Shown here one piece after another: positions 8,248-19,409 of a DNA stretch of 64,000 bases. Location: positions 76,720-140,719 of the forward strand of contig JBAZNI010000001.1 in the NCBI GenBank assembly GCA_041649295.1, given 5' to 3'. Positions within the stretch are counted from its first letter, which is position 1, and the number at the start of each line of letters is the position of its first letter. The position numbers were made by a program, and so were the translations under genes. A model generated the notes under the pieces. That model searched no databases and was not told the origin of the DNA. It saw only the letters and a program-made list of their open reading frames with translations. This DNA comes from Candidatus Pacearchaeota archaeon (GTDB lineage Archaea; Nanobdellota; Nanobdellia; Pacearchaeales; GW2011-AR1).

Positions 8248-10644
8248 ATGAATAAAAAAAAGAGGGTGGCTGGCAACAGCAATAAAACAATTGCAGGGCT
8301 TTGCATTGTTGCTTTTACATTAATACTTACTTTTATTTTATTAATTGGATTGACAATCGAGAATAATAACGCCTCAACCGAAGTATTAGAATCACCTATG
8401 GATGATTCCCTTGAACTATTCCTCCCATTTAACGGGAATGTAACAGATATCTCTGGAAATAATTATGCAGGAACACCCTTAAATGTAAACTATGATGTAA
8501 ATGGAAAAACAGGGCTTGCAATTTCTACTCCAGGCAATAAAAATGGAAGCATTGCTTTTGGGGATATTTTAGATATGGGAAGAGAAGATTTTACAATAAG
8601 TTTTTGGATTAAAAATTTTAATGGAGAGGTAAATCATTTTGTTCTTTCAAAAGGTGAAGCAAATAATAATGGAAAAGTTGGCTATGATATAAGGGGAAAC
8701 GGCAATGGGGGATTAGTTATGTATTTGCAAGATGGCGAAGTTAAAAAATCAGTTGCTATCAAAAATATAGGAAATAATAAAAAAGATTATTGGACTCATA
8801 TTACATTTGTTGTAGATAGAAGCAACGGGGTTATGAGTTCTTATGTTGATGGAACCCTAAATTCTTCAGTAAATATAGACTCAATTACAAGAGCAATAGA
8901 TAATAATTTTGGATTTATGGTTGGCTGTGCTGATTGGAATGCTAATCATATGTCATGTGATAATCCTACGAACACTTCAATGGCATTAGACAATTTAAGA
9001 ATTTATTCAGTTGCTCTTACACCTACTCAAGTTAAAGAAATTCAAAATCAAACTAATACTGTTCTTTACTATAGTCTTAATGGGGGAACTGGTTGTGGAA
9101 CAGGGATAACTTGCGATAGGTCTGGCAATAATCATCATGGGGAGCTTAACGGACCATCTCTTGTTACTACCAGTTCTGGGAAAGGCTATAAATTTGATGG
9201 GGTTAATGATTATATAAAAATAAACGATAATAATGATGGAGATTTAAGAGACATATTTACTATTCTTATTAAAATGAATGTCTCTGCAGATGATAGAACA
9301 GAAGAAGGAAGTACTATTTATAGTGATACTAATGATATTAAAACAGGAACTTCTTTAATTTATTACAATCATACAAAGAATGTTTCATTTTATCATAATA
9401 ACGGAACAGCTTTTTTTAAGACTTCAATCATATCAGAAACTTATCCTAAAAATGTTGCAGCTGTATTTAGAAGAGGGAATATTTCACTTTATGTTGATGG
9501 AAAATGGAGTTCTTCAACTGCTAAAGGAATTAATGTTTTAAAAAATCCTACAATCAGGAGAATTAGTAAGGGAGACCTTGGACCAAATAATTGGTTTAAA
9601 GGAATTATAGACGAATTTATTATCTACTCTTCTGTATTCCCTGTTAAATCCTATTTTAGTGGAACAACATGTGCACCTTTATGTCCTGCAGGTTATTGTG
9701 GAAGCGATGGTTGTGGGGGCATATGTACTTGTGCTTCTGGCACTTGTGAAGATGAACAATGTGTAGATGTTACTTGTGTAGACAGCGATGATGGAGAATC
9801 TCCTCATGGATACTATTTAGCAGGCGAGGTGGATTATAAGCATAAAGGAACTGCATATAATTATGAAGATAAATGTATAAACAGCACCAACTTGTTTGAA
9901 TGGAGTTGTTCTGGAAATGATGGAACAAACGCAACATATCAATGTCCAGAAGGATGTTCTGCTAATGCTTGCCAAGGCAGTCCTGTAGAATCGTGTGACG
10001 ATGATGAAACTGGAAAGAGTGCTTCTATTTTTGGGACAGTTGTTTATGCTCTTGATGATGAAGAAGAGGAATTCGAAGATACCTGCATTAATGCAAATTC
10101 TGTAAAAGAATGGTTCTGTGACGGAGATAGCGTTGACAGCACTACTTTAACATGCGCAAGTGGAACAAAGTGCAGTAGTGGAGCATGCAGGGGAAGTGCA
10201 AATCTTGAATGTGAAACAGATGATGATTGCGATAGCGGAGAAGAATGCAGTTCTTCAGGAGTTTGTGTGGACGCATCAGGAGAATGCACATCAGGAGAGG
10301 ATAAGTGTGAAGGTGTTGTTTTCTTTGAATGTGTAAATGAACAATGGATAGAAATAGGAGAAGATACAGATGAATGTGGGGTGCCTGTTGCTTGTGAAAC
10401 AGATGAAGACTGCACTGATAAAGATAACGGAGAATGTAAAGATGGCGCTTGTGTTTATCCTGATGGAGGAAATGGCTGGGTTTTTGTTGTCCTTATAATA
10501 TTGGGTATATTAATACTTGCAATAATTGGATTTATAATTTATTTTGTTATTAAAAATCAAAATGAGCAGAGGAATAAGCACAATCCTGCATCAAGTGCAA
10601 CCCCGCAATTTTTGAGGCCTGCAACACCAAGAAGTTTTTCTTAA
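8248..10644 (+). CDS. Cell-surface protein with two LamG/ConA-like domains, Cys-rich repeats and C-terminal TM
   Basis: D.SGNN..G, FTISFW, W.H, YVDG, F.G.IDE LamG motifs; C.DSD.G and C.TD.DC repeats. Confidence 0.85.
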   Translation: MNKKKRVAGNSNKTIAGLCIVAFTLILTFILLIGLTIENNNASTEVLESPMDDSLELFLPFNGNVTDISGNNYAGTPLNVNYDVNGKTGLAISTPGNKNGSIAFGDILDMGREDFTISFWIKNFNGEVNHFVLSKGEANNNGKVGYDIRGNGNGGLVMYLQDGEVKKSVAIKNIGNNKKDYWTHITFVVDRSNGVMSSYVDGTLNSSVNIDSITRAIDNNFGFMVGCADWNANHMSCDNPTNTSMALDNLRIYSVALTPTQVKEIQNQTNTVLYYSLNGGTGCGTGITCDRSGNNHHGELNGPSLVTTSSGKGYKFDGVNDYIKINDNNDGDLRDIFTILIKMNVSADDRTEEGSTIYSDTNDIKTGTSLIYYNHTKNVSFYHNNGTAFFKTSIISETYPKNVAAVFRRGNISLYVDGKWSSSTAKGINVLKNPTIRRISKGDLGPNNWFKGIIDEFIIYSSVFPVKSYFSGTTCAPLCPAGYCGSDGCGGICTCASGTCEDEQCVDVTCVDSDDGESPHGYYLAGEVDYKHKGTAYNYEDKCINSTNLFEWSCSGNDGTNATYQCPEGCSANACQGSPVESCDDDETGKSASIFGTVVYALDDEEEEFEDTCINANSVKEWFCDGDSVDSTTLTCASGTKCSSGACRGSANLECETDDDCDSGEECSSSGVCVDASGECTSGEDKCEGVVFFECVNEQWIEIGEDTDECGVPVACETDEDCTDKDNGECKDGACVYPDGGNGWVFVVLIILGILILAIIGFIIYFVIKNQNEQRNKHNPASSATPQFLRPATPRSFS

Positions 10645-12935
10645 TTTTCCTTGTTTTTTCCAGAACACTCATTATTAAAGCAAAATATCCACGGCTTCTT
10701 TCCACTTTTTATTGACATCAACATTGGCCAGCTACAATATTCACAAACTTTATCTGTTTTTTTAATTAATGAGTTAGGAGGAAGGGAATATGTTGTTTTG
10801 CATTCTGGATAAGAATCACAGGCTATAAAATACCTTCTTGAAGCTCTGTTATATTTTATTATTAACTTCCCCTTATTGCAAACAGGACATATCATTATTT
10901 CATTTTCTTTTTTTTGCTCTTCCCAAAGTTCTGTTGTTGCTTTGATTAAGTCTTTTCCAATATCTAATTTGTTTTTTTCAAAATGCTCTCCAATTTTTAC
11001 AACAACTTTTTTTGTTTCTTCAAGTATTTGCTTTTCTTTTTCTTCTGGTTTTTTTGAGCTTCTTATACTGTCCAAATCTCTTTCCATGTTGGTGGTAAGT
11101 GATTCATCAATTATTATAGGGCAGTTTTTTTCAAGAGTTTCAATTAGTGAGATTCCAAGGCTTGTTGCTTTTAAGCTTTTATCTTTTATATATCCCCTGT
11201 TATAAAGTGTTTCAAGAATAGATGCTCTTGTTGCTTTTGTCCCAAGATTTTTTCTTTCAAGTTCTGAGATTATTGATGCAGGAGAATATCTTTTAGGAGG
11301 CTGTGTTTCTTTTTCTTCAATTTTAACTTTAAGTATTTCTGCTTCCCCATTAATATCTGGGATTATGTGCTCTTCATAAGAAGAAGGGTATACATCCAAC
11401 CACCCTTTTTTGATTATTTCTGAACCTTTCGCATCAAACTTTAATCCTTCTGTTTGAAAGTCAATTTTTTTATTACTTAACACTGCATCTTCACAAAAAC
11501 AACCTATAAATCTTTTTACTATTAACTCATATATTTTTCTATCTTCATCTTCTAATTCATGGAATTCTCCTGTAGGATATATTGATGGATGTGCAGGATC
11601 TGTTTTTCTTCCTTCTATAGGAATTGTTCTTTTTGCGAACTTTGCAAAATTAAATCTTTCTTCTAACCTTTTTAATAATTTAGGATACCCTATTTCTTTT
11701 GGAATTTTCTGGCTGTTTGTTCTGGGGTAGGAGATAATTCCTGCAAGATATAATTTTTGTGCTATCTCAAGTGTTTTAGCCGGAGTGATTTTAAACCATC
11801 TGTAAGCTTCTGTTTGCAGTGCAGTTAAGTCAAAAGGGGGTTGAGGTTGTATTTTTCTTTCTGAAGTTGTAGTTTTTGCAATTCCTGTTTTTCCATTTAA
11901 TTCTTTAAATTTTTCAAGCTCTTTTTCTTTTTTTATATCTTTAACATACTTTACTTCTGCTTTTTCTTTTTTATTAGTTATATCCAGTAAAACCTGCCAG
12001 TACTTTTCAGGTTTGAATTTTCCTATTTCATGCTCTTTTTTTACTATAAGGTTTAATGCCGGACCTTGCACTCTGCCTATTGACATAAGCCTGAAATTTC
12101 CAGCTGATTTAATTGCATCCATTAATGCCCTTGATAAATTTATTCCATAAATCCAATCAATATAATGCCTTGTTTCTCCTGCAATTCCCTGATTCCAGTC
12201 AAGAGTTTTGCTTCTTTCATTAAATGCTTTTTGTATATCCTCTGCAGTTAGTGTTGAGAATTTCATTCTTTCAGCATCTTTCTGGTTGCAGATATATTTT
12301 ACAATATTCATTCCTATTACTTCTCCTTCTGTATCATAATCAGTTGCAACAACAATTTCAGAGGTATTTTTGCATAACTTTGCAATTGTATCATAATATT
12401 TTTTTGTAAAATCTTTTTTTCTTACAAGATAATTTGGAGCCCATGTAATCTCAAATGTAGGCCATTTATTTCTTGGATGAATCTGTGCAAGTGTAAATAA
12501 ATGCCCGACAGCACACACAACATTAATTTCTCTTTCATCACGATAAATGGTATAGTAGCTTACGCCCCCAACTGTATTTTTTTTAATTCCATTAATTGCA
12601 AGTGCATTTGCAAGCTTTAGCGCTGCTTGCGGTTTTTCAGTAATTATCATCATATGCCCGCTTTTTTTTAGAACTTTTGGCCCTGGAATCTTAAATTCTT
12701 CAGTCCAATATTTGTTTTTTCCATTTGATTCTTTCGTTGTCAGTTTTTTTGTTTTTTTGTTTTTTTGTTTTACATTTTCCATTTTTTCAATGGTAAATTC
12801 TTTTTTTTCTTTAACCGGGACATCCAAAGCTCTTGCTATGTCTCTTTCATCAATGGGAACAAAATTCTCCTTTATGTCTTTTTCACCCTGAAATTTAACA
12901 GGGTCATCTACTAGTTTTTTCTTTGTGACTGCCAT
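10641..12935 (-). CDS. topA: Type IA DNA topoisomerase
   Basis: TEKP, ATDYDTEGE, SIGRVQ, ISYPRT, GTKATRA, C-terminal Zn ribbons. Confidence 0.95.
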   Translation of the reverse strand: MAVTKKKLVDDPVKFQGEKDIKENFVPIDERDIARALDVPVKEKKEFTIEKMENVKQKNKKTKKLTTKESNGKNKYWTEEFKIPGPKVLKKSGHMMIITEKPQAALKLANALAINGIKKNTVGGVSYYTIYRDEREINVVCAVGHLFTLAQIHPRNKWPTFEITWAPNYLVRKKDFTKKYYDTIAKLCKNTSEIVVATDYDTEGEVIGMNIVKYICNQKDAERMKFSTLTAEDIQKAFNERSKTLDWNQGIAGETRHYIDWIYGINLSRALMDAIKSAGNFRLMSIGRVQGPALNLIVKKEHEIGKFKPEKYWQVLLDITNKKEKAEVKYVKDIKKEKELEKFKELNGKTGIAKTTTSERKIQPQPPFDLTALQTEAYRWFKITPAKTLEIAQKLYLAGIISYPRTNSQKIPKEIGYPKLLKRLEERFNFAKFAKRTIPIEGRKTDPAHPSIYPTGEFHELEDEDRKIYELIVKRFIGCFCEDAVLSNKKIDFQTEGLKFDAKGSEIIKKGWLDVYPSSYEEHIIPDINGEAEILKVKIEEKETQPPKRYSPASIISELERKNLGTKATRASILETLYNRGYIKDKSLKATSLGISLIETLEKNCPIIIDESLTTNMERDLDSIRSSKKPEEKEKQILEETKKVVVKIGEHFEKNKLDIGKDLIKATTELWEEQKKENEIMICPVCNKGKLIIKYNRASRRYFIACDSYPECKTTYSLPPNSLIKKTDKVCEYCSWPMLMSIKSGKKPWIFCFNNECSGKNKEN

Positions 12936-13084
12936 AACTTAACTTTAACTCTATTAACCTCTATTTATTAAGCTTATTATTTATTATATGCTTCTACAAC
13001 CTCGTTGCTTTAAGTTATTTATATAATTTGCTGTTAGTAGCAAATTGGCCTATTAAATGTTTCAAGAAATTTTATCTTTTCAAT

Positions 13085-13399
13085 TTATCTATCATCTGAA
13101 AGATATTTTCTGTTCACTGATTTAAATCTTTCAACTGCAATTACTACAGAATTAACTAATTCCTGAGGATATTTCAACCCAGAATAATCTCTTTTTAGTT
13201 GTTCTTCAAGTTCTCCCCGGCGTTTTTCGTAGTCAAGTAAATTCTTTTCTACTAAATCTCTTTTCATTTGTTCATTCATAGAATCAAAAAGGATCGCAGT
13301 AGTCCAATCTAGAGAACTTAATAAGTTAGCTACTTCGTTTCCAAAGTGCATTGCAACTTCCAATGGATTACAATTTGATCTAAGGGTTTTAAAGTCCAT
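13085..13399 (-). CDS. Hypothetical protein
   Basis: 104 aa ORF. Confidence 0.55.
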   Translation of the reverse strand: MDFKTLRSNCNPLEVAMHFGNEVANLLSSLDWTTAILFDSMNEQMKRDLVEKNLLDYEKRRGELEEQLKRDYSGLKYPQELVNSVVIAVERFKSVNRKYLSDDR

Positions 13400-13491
13400 A
13401 CAATACTTATTAAATATAATATTTTTAAGCTTATCGGTAATTTTATGTATATATTGGTATAGGAGCTTAGAAGTCGGCTAATTTTTAAGAT

Positions 13492-14142
13492 CTAAACTTC
13501 AATAATCTTCCCCTGCCTGCCAACACTGATTACTCTTGTGCTACCTAATTTTTCTTCAATACCTGCAGCTTCGTGAACATGCGAGCATAAAGCAATGTCT
13601 GGCTTAAATGCCCTGATTGCTTTTTCAACTCCAGAGCTTCCCTTGAAAAATCTTGTGAACTTTTCAATTAAAGTATTTGATGGGTGAACATGAGTTACCA
13701 TTACTTTTATCTCAGAGTCTTTTACTTTTTCAAAGCCTTTTTTCAGCAGTTCATATAACTCAGATTCCTTCATTCTTGAAAAAGGCCCAATATTTGCTCC
13801 GCCTGCGCCAAAAATTCCCACATTATTAAGTTTGAAAGAATATCCGTGAATATTTTTTGTATTGCTGTATAGCTCACTTAAAAAATCAGCAGTTGCAAGT
13901 GTTTCGTGATTTCCAGGCACAAGCAAAACTTTCTTCCCTGCTTTTTCAAAAGGATTTATAAGATTTTTTTCAGAATTTTCAAAAAAAGTTAAATCTCCTG
14001 TTAGTATTACTAAATCCACCTTTTCTTTTTTTGCTTTTTCTGCAAGCCTTTTTGTTAGTTCTGCATCTCCATGTATATCCCCCACAGCTAAAATTTTTAG
14101 TTTTTTTCCTGAAGGTTTTTGTTTTTTTGACATATTTTTCAT
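13492..14142 (-). CDS. Calcineurin-like metallophosphoesterase
   Basis: GDIHG, GD, PGNHE, HVHE motifs. Confidence 0.9.
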   Translation of the reverse strand: MKNMSKKQKPSGKKLKILAVGDIHGDAELTKRLAEKAKKEKVDLVILTGDLTFFENSEKNLINPFEKAGKKVLLVPGNHETLATADFLSELYSNTKNIHGYSFKLNNVGIFGAGGANIGPFSRMKESELYELLKKGFEKVKDSEIKVMVTHVHPSNTLIEKFTRFFKGSSGVEKAIRAFKPDIALCSHVHEAAGIEEKLGSTRVISVGRQGKIIEV

Positions 14143-14270
14143 ACTTTTTTGACATATTTAAACTCTTTGTTAGTAGTAAATTTTAATTTAGAGTTTTTTT
14201 TTAAATTCCCGAAACATTTAAAAGCCACAGTTATATCCCGATATATAGATTAAATTATATACATTGTAAA

Positions 14271-14537
14271 ATGAAAGATAACTTTGATGTGTTTTTTAGA
14301 AGAAAGCCGGCAATGATGATGATTGCTCTTAGAAAGCTTTCAAGAGTCAGATACGGCTCTTTGCTCGCTAAAGAGGTTGATTGTACATATAGCCATGCAG
14401 TTAAGATTCTCCAGACATTGGAAAATCTTGGGCTCGTGACTTTTGAAAAAAAAGGCAGAATAAAGCTGATAAAACTTACAAAAAAAGGGCAGGAAGTTGC
14501 CGAAAATATTGCAGGAATTCAGCAGACTGTCGGTTAA
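14271..14537 (+). CDS. Winged-helix transcriptional regulator
   Basis: LAKEVDCTYSHAVKIL..LE..GLV...K.GR....LT.KG. Confidence 0.85.
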   Translation: MKDNFDVFFRRKPAMMMIALRKLSRVRYGSLLAKEVDCTYSHAVKILQTLENLGLVTFEKKGRIKLIKLTKKGQEVAENIAGIQQTVG

Positions 14538-14608
14538 TTCTTTTTTATTTTTATTTGATTTTTATTATTTCATTAAGTTTATAAGTTATTTATTTCTATT
14601 AGGATAAT

Positions 14609-14798
14609 GGATCCGTAGCTCAGTCTGGTCAGAGCACTGGACTCTTAAATGTAAGGACCTAGAGAACATACTTGTTCTCTGGTTCAGAGAATCTTTGATT
14701 CTCTTGAAACCCAGGTTCCTTAGCACTCAACCTCCTAAGATAATAACTTAAGGGCAAGAGAAATCCAGGTGTCGAGGGTTCAAATCCCTTCGGGTCCA
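14609..14798 (+). tRNA. tRNA-Lys(CTT) with ~115-nt intron at 37/38 (14648-14762)
   Basis: Acceptor GGATCCG/CGGGTCC-A, anticodon stem CTGGA/TCCAG, loop CT-CTT-A, T-arm GAGGG-TTCAAAT-CCCTT; CTCT:AGAG helix with 3-nt bulge is BHB-like. Confidence 0.9.
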
Positions 14799-14975
14799 TT
14801 TTTAATCTGGGATTTGAACAGGTTCAAATCAGTTTTATTTGCAAAAATAAAACTTACCAAGAAGTTTCTTCTTGAGTACCTTCGGGTCCATTTTTAATCT
14901 GGGATTTGAACAGGTTCAAATCAGTTTTATTTGCAAAAATAAAACTTACCAAGAAGTTTCTTCTTGAGTACCTTC
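14787..14975 (+). repeat. Tandem 92-bp duplication starting in the tRNA-Lys 3' end
   Basis: CCTTCGGGTCCA...CTTGAGTA at 14787 and 14879, identical; a third CCTTC at 14971. Confidence 0.95.
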
Positions 14976-15075
14976 AACCTTCAGGTTCATATTATATTCC
15001 TGCCAAGCATTCATAGAGTATATTTACATAAATCAAATTAGAAAGTCTTTTAAATAGACCACTACAAGATTTAAA

Positions 15076-15270
15076 ATGGAAAAAAGAAAAATAGCTATGG
15101 CAAAGTATGATGGTAATGGTAATCCTGTAAATGCCTGTTATGGAGTTTACAAAATCGCAGATATTGAAATTTTTAGACATTCGGGTTTTGTTGATGTTGA
15201 TGAAAATTTAGCAAGAAAAATTAGTGAAGATTTAGCTGAAAGAATAAAAAATGGCGCATTAAAATATTAA
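15076..15270 (+). CDS. Hypothetical protein
   Basis: 64 aa ORF downstream of tRNA repeats. Confidence 0.5.
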   Translation: MEKRKIAMAKYDGNGNPVNACYGVYKIADIEIFRHSGFVDVDENLARKISEDLAERIKNGALKY

Positions 15271-15295
15271 GAATTGCATATATGCTCGCCTATTT

Positions 15296-15604
15296 TTATT
15301 TATACTCTCTCCAAGTATACTTGCATTTTGTGCATTTAAAGAAGCGAGTTTCAGCTTCATCTCCTGAACGTGTTTGAGATGTCCAGAAATAAGTCTCTTT
15401 ATTCTTGCATTTTGGGCAGTTGTTAATAATTATCGGAAAAATATCAGTTTCTTTTTCAGTTACAACCCCTATTTCCTTGCCTTCTTTTATTTTCTCATTT
15501 GATTCTATCTTAACTTTTGACTTAGAGATATATCCGCACCTGATACATCCAAAATTTTTCCTTTTCTCTTCCAATACACAACCACATTTTGGGCAAAAGT
15601 CCAT
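15296..15604 (-). CDS. tfs: Transcription factor S (TFS/RpoM family)
   Basis: FCPKCG...C..C, CPKC...QTRSGDEAET.F.KC.KC. Confidence 0.93.
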   Translation of the reverse strand: MDFCPKCGCVLEEKRKNFGCIRCGYISKSKVKIESNEKIKEGKEIGVVTEKETDIFPIIINNCPKCKNKETYFWTSQTRSGDEAETRFFKCTKCKYTWREYK

Positions 15605-15668
15605 TTTTACCTTTTTTTATTTTTTAATTTAGTATAAGCCCCTTTTAAACCTTTCTTTAGTGTTAAAC

Positions 15669-16280
15669 TTATTTACAAAATCCCCTTTCATTTTGGCTTC
15701 TGAAAGGTTCAAAAAATATAAGTTTTGCCCAGCCAATGTATGGAATTCTTACAACAGTTGCCTTTCCAATAATGCTGTTAGGATTAATATTTTTTTCAAA
15801 AGCAAATTGTTCATTCCCATTGATATTATTGTTGTCCCCTTTTGTCTGAATGGGATTAAAATCTATTATCCTGTGAATAACAGGTTTTGCTGTGCCATTG
15901 GCAACAAATATTATTGTATCCCCTAACTTTAACTTTTCTTCTTTAACACCCCTTATAAAAAATATGTCTCCTTTATTAAACCCATTTTTTAAATTAAACT
16001 CTTCAAAATTTTCTTTTTCAATTCCTTTTTCTTCATACCACTCCCTGTTTTTTTCCCACCAGTTTTCAAAATTGCCATCATGATACATACTGCACGATTC
16101 AACAATAACAATGGGAAGCGAGCTTCCTGTTGCAAAAGACAGCGCCGGAAAAATTATAAATTTAATCAGTACAAATACAATTATAAGAAATACTATCCAG
16201 CTTAACCAACTGTCATTATGCCATAAAAAATTCCAGAACTTTTTCCCTTTAGATAAAATATCTTTAACCTCTTTATTCAT
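15669..16280 (-). CDS. Signal peptidase I (S26, Sec11-like)
   Basis: IVES.SM.H, GD, VIHRI, TKGDNN, RIPYIGW. Confidence 0.9.
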   Translation of the reverse strand: MNKEVKDILSKGKKFWNFLWHNDSWLSWIVFLIIVFVLIKFIIFPALSFATGSSLPIVIVESCSMYHDGNFENWWEKNREWYEEKGIEKENFEEFNLKNGFNKGDIFFIRGVKEEKLKLGDTIIFVANGTAKPVIHRIIDFNPIQTKGDNNNINGNEQFAFEKNINPNSIIGKATVVRIPYIGWAKLIFFEPFRSQNERGFCK

Positions 16281-16509
16281 CAGTTTTTTAAATAAACAGG
16301 ATATTTAAATGTTTTTTATTCTCTTAGGTGACTAAGACGCAACAATGTGTCATAATCGAAATATTTAAATAGTGTATATTTCTTGTGTATACATAGATAA
16401 TACACATAATGTGTATTTATCATAACCTCAACCCCCAATCCACGTCGGTTACGGCGTGGTATGCTAACAAAAAACAAAAAGAGTAAATAAAAATACAAAA
16501 TAAACAAAA

Positions 16510-16872
16510 ATGGATTTATTCGAAAACACAATTTTATGCAAGAACTGCAATGTAAAAATGCAGAAAATAAAATTTGAAAAAAATGGATTTTGCTTTAGGG
16601 CTGTTGAATGCTCAAAATGCCACAATAAAATCATTCACCCCGAAGACCAGCAGGAATATGAACACTTCCTAAGATTAAGGCACAAAAGATTTAATGTTAA
16701 ATTAAGAATTGTAGGAAATAGCTATACTGTTTCAATACCAAAAGAAATAGTCCATTTTATAAATGAACAAAATAAAGTAATGGATGAAATGGTAAGATTA
16801 AGTTTTGAAAGAATGGGAAAATTATCTTTAATGTTTAATGAGGAGGAAGAACAAGTAGAAAAAAATGACTAA
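16510..16872 (+). CDS. Zn-ribbon plus AbrB-like domain protein
   Basis: CKNC...CSKC; KLRIVGNSYTVSIPKEI. Confidence 0.75.
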   Translation: MDLFENTILCKNCNVKMQKIKFEKNGFCFRAVECSKCHNKIIHPEDQQEYEHFLRLRHKRFNVKLRIVGNSYTVSIPKEIVHFINEQNKVMDEMVRLSFERMGKLSLMFNEEEEQVEKND

Positions 16873-19159
16873 TTCAATTGTAAGATTAAGAGTTGTAGAA
16901 GCTTCGCAAGATGATGCATATAAAGGCATTGCGAGAATTGATTATGATACCATAAAAAATTTGGGATTAAAAAGAGGAGATGTTGTTTTAATTAAAGGGG
17001 GCAGGGAAACAGTTGCAATTGTTGACCGTTCATATCCTGCAGATGTTGGAGAAGGCATAATAAGAATTGATGGGATAATAAGAAAAAATGCAAAAACCGG
17101 AGTTGGAGAAATAGTTGAGCTTTCAAAAGCAGAAGTAAAAGAAGCTAAAAAAATTACAATAGCCCCTGTCCAGGAGAATATTGTTGTTCAAGGAGACCCG
17201 GAAGTTTTTAGAAGAGGGTTATTGGGGAGGTCTGTTATTAAAGGAGATATACTGTCATTAGGAGGAGCGCAAAGAAGAAGAGATTTAATGTCCGAAGACT
17301 TTGGAGAATTTGGAGATGTGTTTGGGGATATCCTCGGGAACATGGGTTTTGGAAACATGGGTTTCAGCGGACTGCACCAAATAAAATTTGTGGTTGTGAA
17401 TACCTCGCCTGGAAAACCAGTAGTTATTACAGAGAATACAGATATTGCAGTTAATTCAAAAGCTGTTGAAATTGCAGAGGAAAAATTTATTGATGTAACT
17501 TATGAAGATGTAGGGGGTTTGACAGAAGAAGTGAAAAAAGTAAGAGAGATGATTGAGCTCCCTTTAAAACACCCAGAGATATTTGAAAGATTAGGAGTAG
17601 AACCGCCAAAAGGGGTTTTACTTCATGGTCCTCCAGGAACAGGAAAAACTTTACTGGCAAAAGCAGTTGCAAATGAATCAGAAGCTAATTTTATTTTACT
17701 TAATGGCCCAGAGGTAATGTCTAAATTTTACGGAGAAAGTGAGAAAAAAATAAGAGATATATTTAATGAAGCTGAAAAAACAGCTCCCACAATTATTTTT
17801 ATTGATGAAATCGATGCAATTGCCCCAAAAAGAGAAGATGTTCAGGGAGAGGTTGAGAGAAGAGTTGTTTCTCAATTATTAACAATGATGGATGGACTAA
17901 AAACAAGAGGCAGAGTTGTGGTTATTGGTGCAACAAACCGCCCAAATTCAATTGACCCTGCTCTTAGGAGACCTGGAAGATTTGACAGAGAAGTTTCAAT
18001 TAATGTTCCTGATAAAAAAGGGAGATTGTCAATATTAAAAATTCACACAAGAAATATGCCCCTAACTAAGGATGTAAATTTAGAAAGTTTAGCGTCAATA
18101 ACCCATGGATTTGTTGGTGCAGATATTGCATCTCTTGCAAAAGAGGCTGCTATGAATGTATTGAGAAGAGTTCTTCCTAAGATGGATTTAAAAGAAGATG
18201 AAGAAATACCTGCTGAAGTACTTAACCAGTTAGTAATCAGCGAAAAAGATTTTCAGGAGTCTCTGAAAGTTGTACGCCCAAGTGCTATGAGAGAAGTTTT
18301 AGTTGAAACTCCCAATGTTAGGTGGGAGGATGTTGGTGGTTTAGATAAAGTCAAACAAGAACTTAAAGAAGCTGTTGAGTGGCCAATGCAATATCCAGAA
18401 TCTTTTATAAGGTTAGGAATTCGTCCGCCAAGGGGGATTTTGCTTTACGGCCCACCAGGAACAGGAAAAACCTTACTGGCAAAAGCAGTTGCAAAAGAAT
18501 CTGAAGCAAATTTTATTCAAGTTAAAGGCCCAAGTTTATTATCGATGTGGGTGGGGAAAAGTGAAGAAGGCGTAAGAAAAATATTCGAGCGTGCTCGTCA
18601 AGTTTCTCCATGTGTAATTTTCTTTGATGAAATAGATTCACTTGCCCCAAGAAGAGGAATGGATTTGGGTGCTAAAGTTACTGAAAGAGTTTTAAATCAG
18701 CTGCTTGCTGAAATGGATGGGTTGGAAGATTTAAAAGAAGTCATTGTTATTGCTGCAACAAATCGTCCAGACATGCTAGATACCGCATTATTAAGGCCGG
18801 GAAGATTTGATAGAATATTATTAGTGCCAGGACCTACAGAAGAAGGAAGATTAGAGATATTAAAGGTTCATACTAAGAAAACTCCTCTTGCAAAAGATGT
18901 AAGTCTTCAGGAATTAGCTAAAAAAACAGAAGGATGCGTGGGAGCTGATTTAGAGAATTTAGTAAGAGAAGCAGCAATGTTAGCATTAAGGGAAAATAAA
19001 GATGCTAAACAGATTTCAAAATCGCACTTCCAAGAAGCTTTAAAAAAAGTGCGCCCGTCTGTAACTCAAAGGGATATGGAAACATATAACAAAATTGAAG
19101 AGAATTATCTGAAATCTGCAAAGTCAGCAATAGCAGGAAAGATGGAATATCTGGGTTAA
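16865..19159 (+). CDS. cdc48: CDC48/VAT AAA+ ATPase
   Basis: N-domain plus two AAA modules [28 protein letters not shown]. Confidence 0.97.
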   Translation: MTNSIVRLRVVEASQDDAYKGIARIDYDTIKNLGLKRGDVVLIKGGRETVAIVDRSYPADVGEGIIRIDGIIRKNAKTGVGEIVELSKAEVKEAKKITIAPVQENIVVQGDPEVFRRGLLGRSVIKGDILSLGGAQRRRDLMSEDFGEFGDVFGDILGNMGFGNMGFSGLHQIKFVVVNTSPGKPVVITENTDIAVNSKAVEIAEEKFIDVTYEDVGGLTEEVKKVREMIELPLKHPEIFERLGVEPPKGVLLHGPPGTGKTLLAKAVANESEANFILLNGPEVMSKFYGESEKKIRDIFNEAEKTAPTIIFIDEIDAIAPKREDVQGEVERRVVSQLLTMMDGLKTRGRVVVIGATNRPNSIDPALRRPGRFDREVSINVPDKKGRLSILKIHTRNMPLTKDVNLESLASITHGFVGADIASLAKEAAMNVLRRVLPKMDLKEDEEIPAEVLNQLVISEKDFQESLKVVRPSAMREVLVETPNVRWEDVGGLDKVKQELKEAVEWPMQYPESFIRLGIRPPRGILLYGPPGTGKTLLAKAVAKESEANFIQVKGPSLLSMWVGKSEEGVRKIFERARQVSPCVIFFDEIDSLAPRRGMDLGAKVTERVLNQLLAEMDGLEDLKEVIVIAATNRPDMLDTALLRPGRFDRILLVPGPTEEGRLEILKVHTKKTPLAKDVSLQELAKKTEGCVGADLENLVREAAMLALRENKDAKQISKSHFQEALKKVRPSVTQRDMETYNKIEENYLKSAKSAIAGKMEYLG

Positions 19160-19409
19160 TTTAGTTAATAATATCCCCTGCTTAATTTTACGCTATGAGT
19201 ACTGATACTAATTTTTAATATAATAAAATAATAATTTAAATAAAAATAAGTAACCACTAACAAAACATAAATTTAGGGAAAGATATATTACTAAAAATAA
19301 ACATTTTCCTATTAAGTTCCCCTCTGCTTACTTTTACATTTGATAGAGCGGGAATCTTTAGTTATTAATTAAAATAAAAATAGTATAACATCTGTCTTAC
19401 CAACCAACC

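Noticed and set aside
17633..18517. ~63-bp near-identical repeat in cdc48 as possible VR/TR
   Set aside because: Both copies encode Walker A regions of the tandem AAA domains; mismatches are not adenine-specific.
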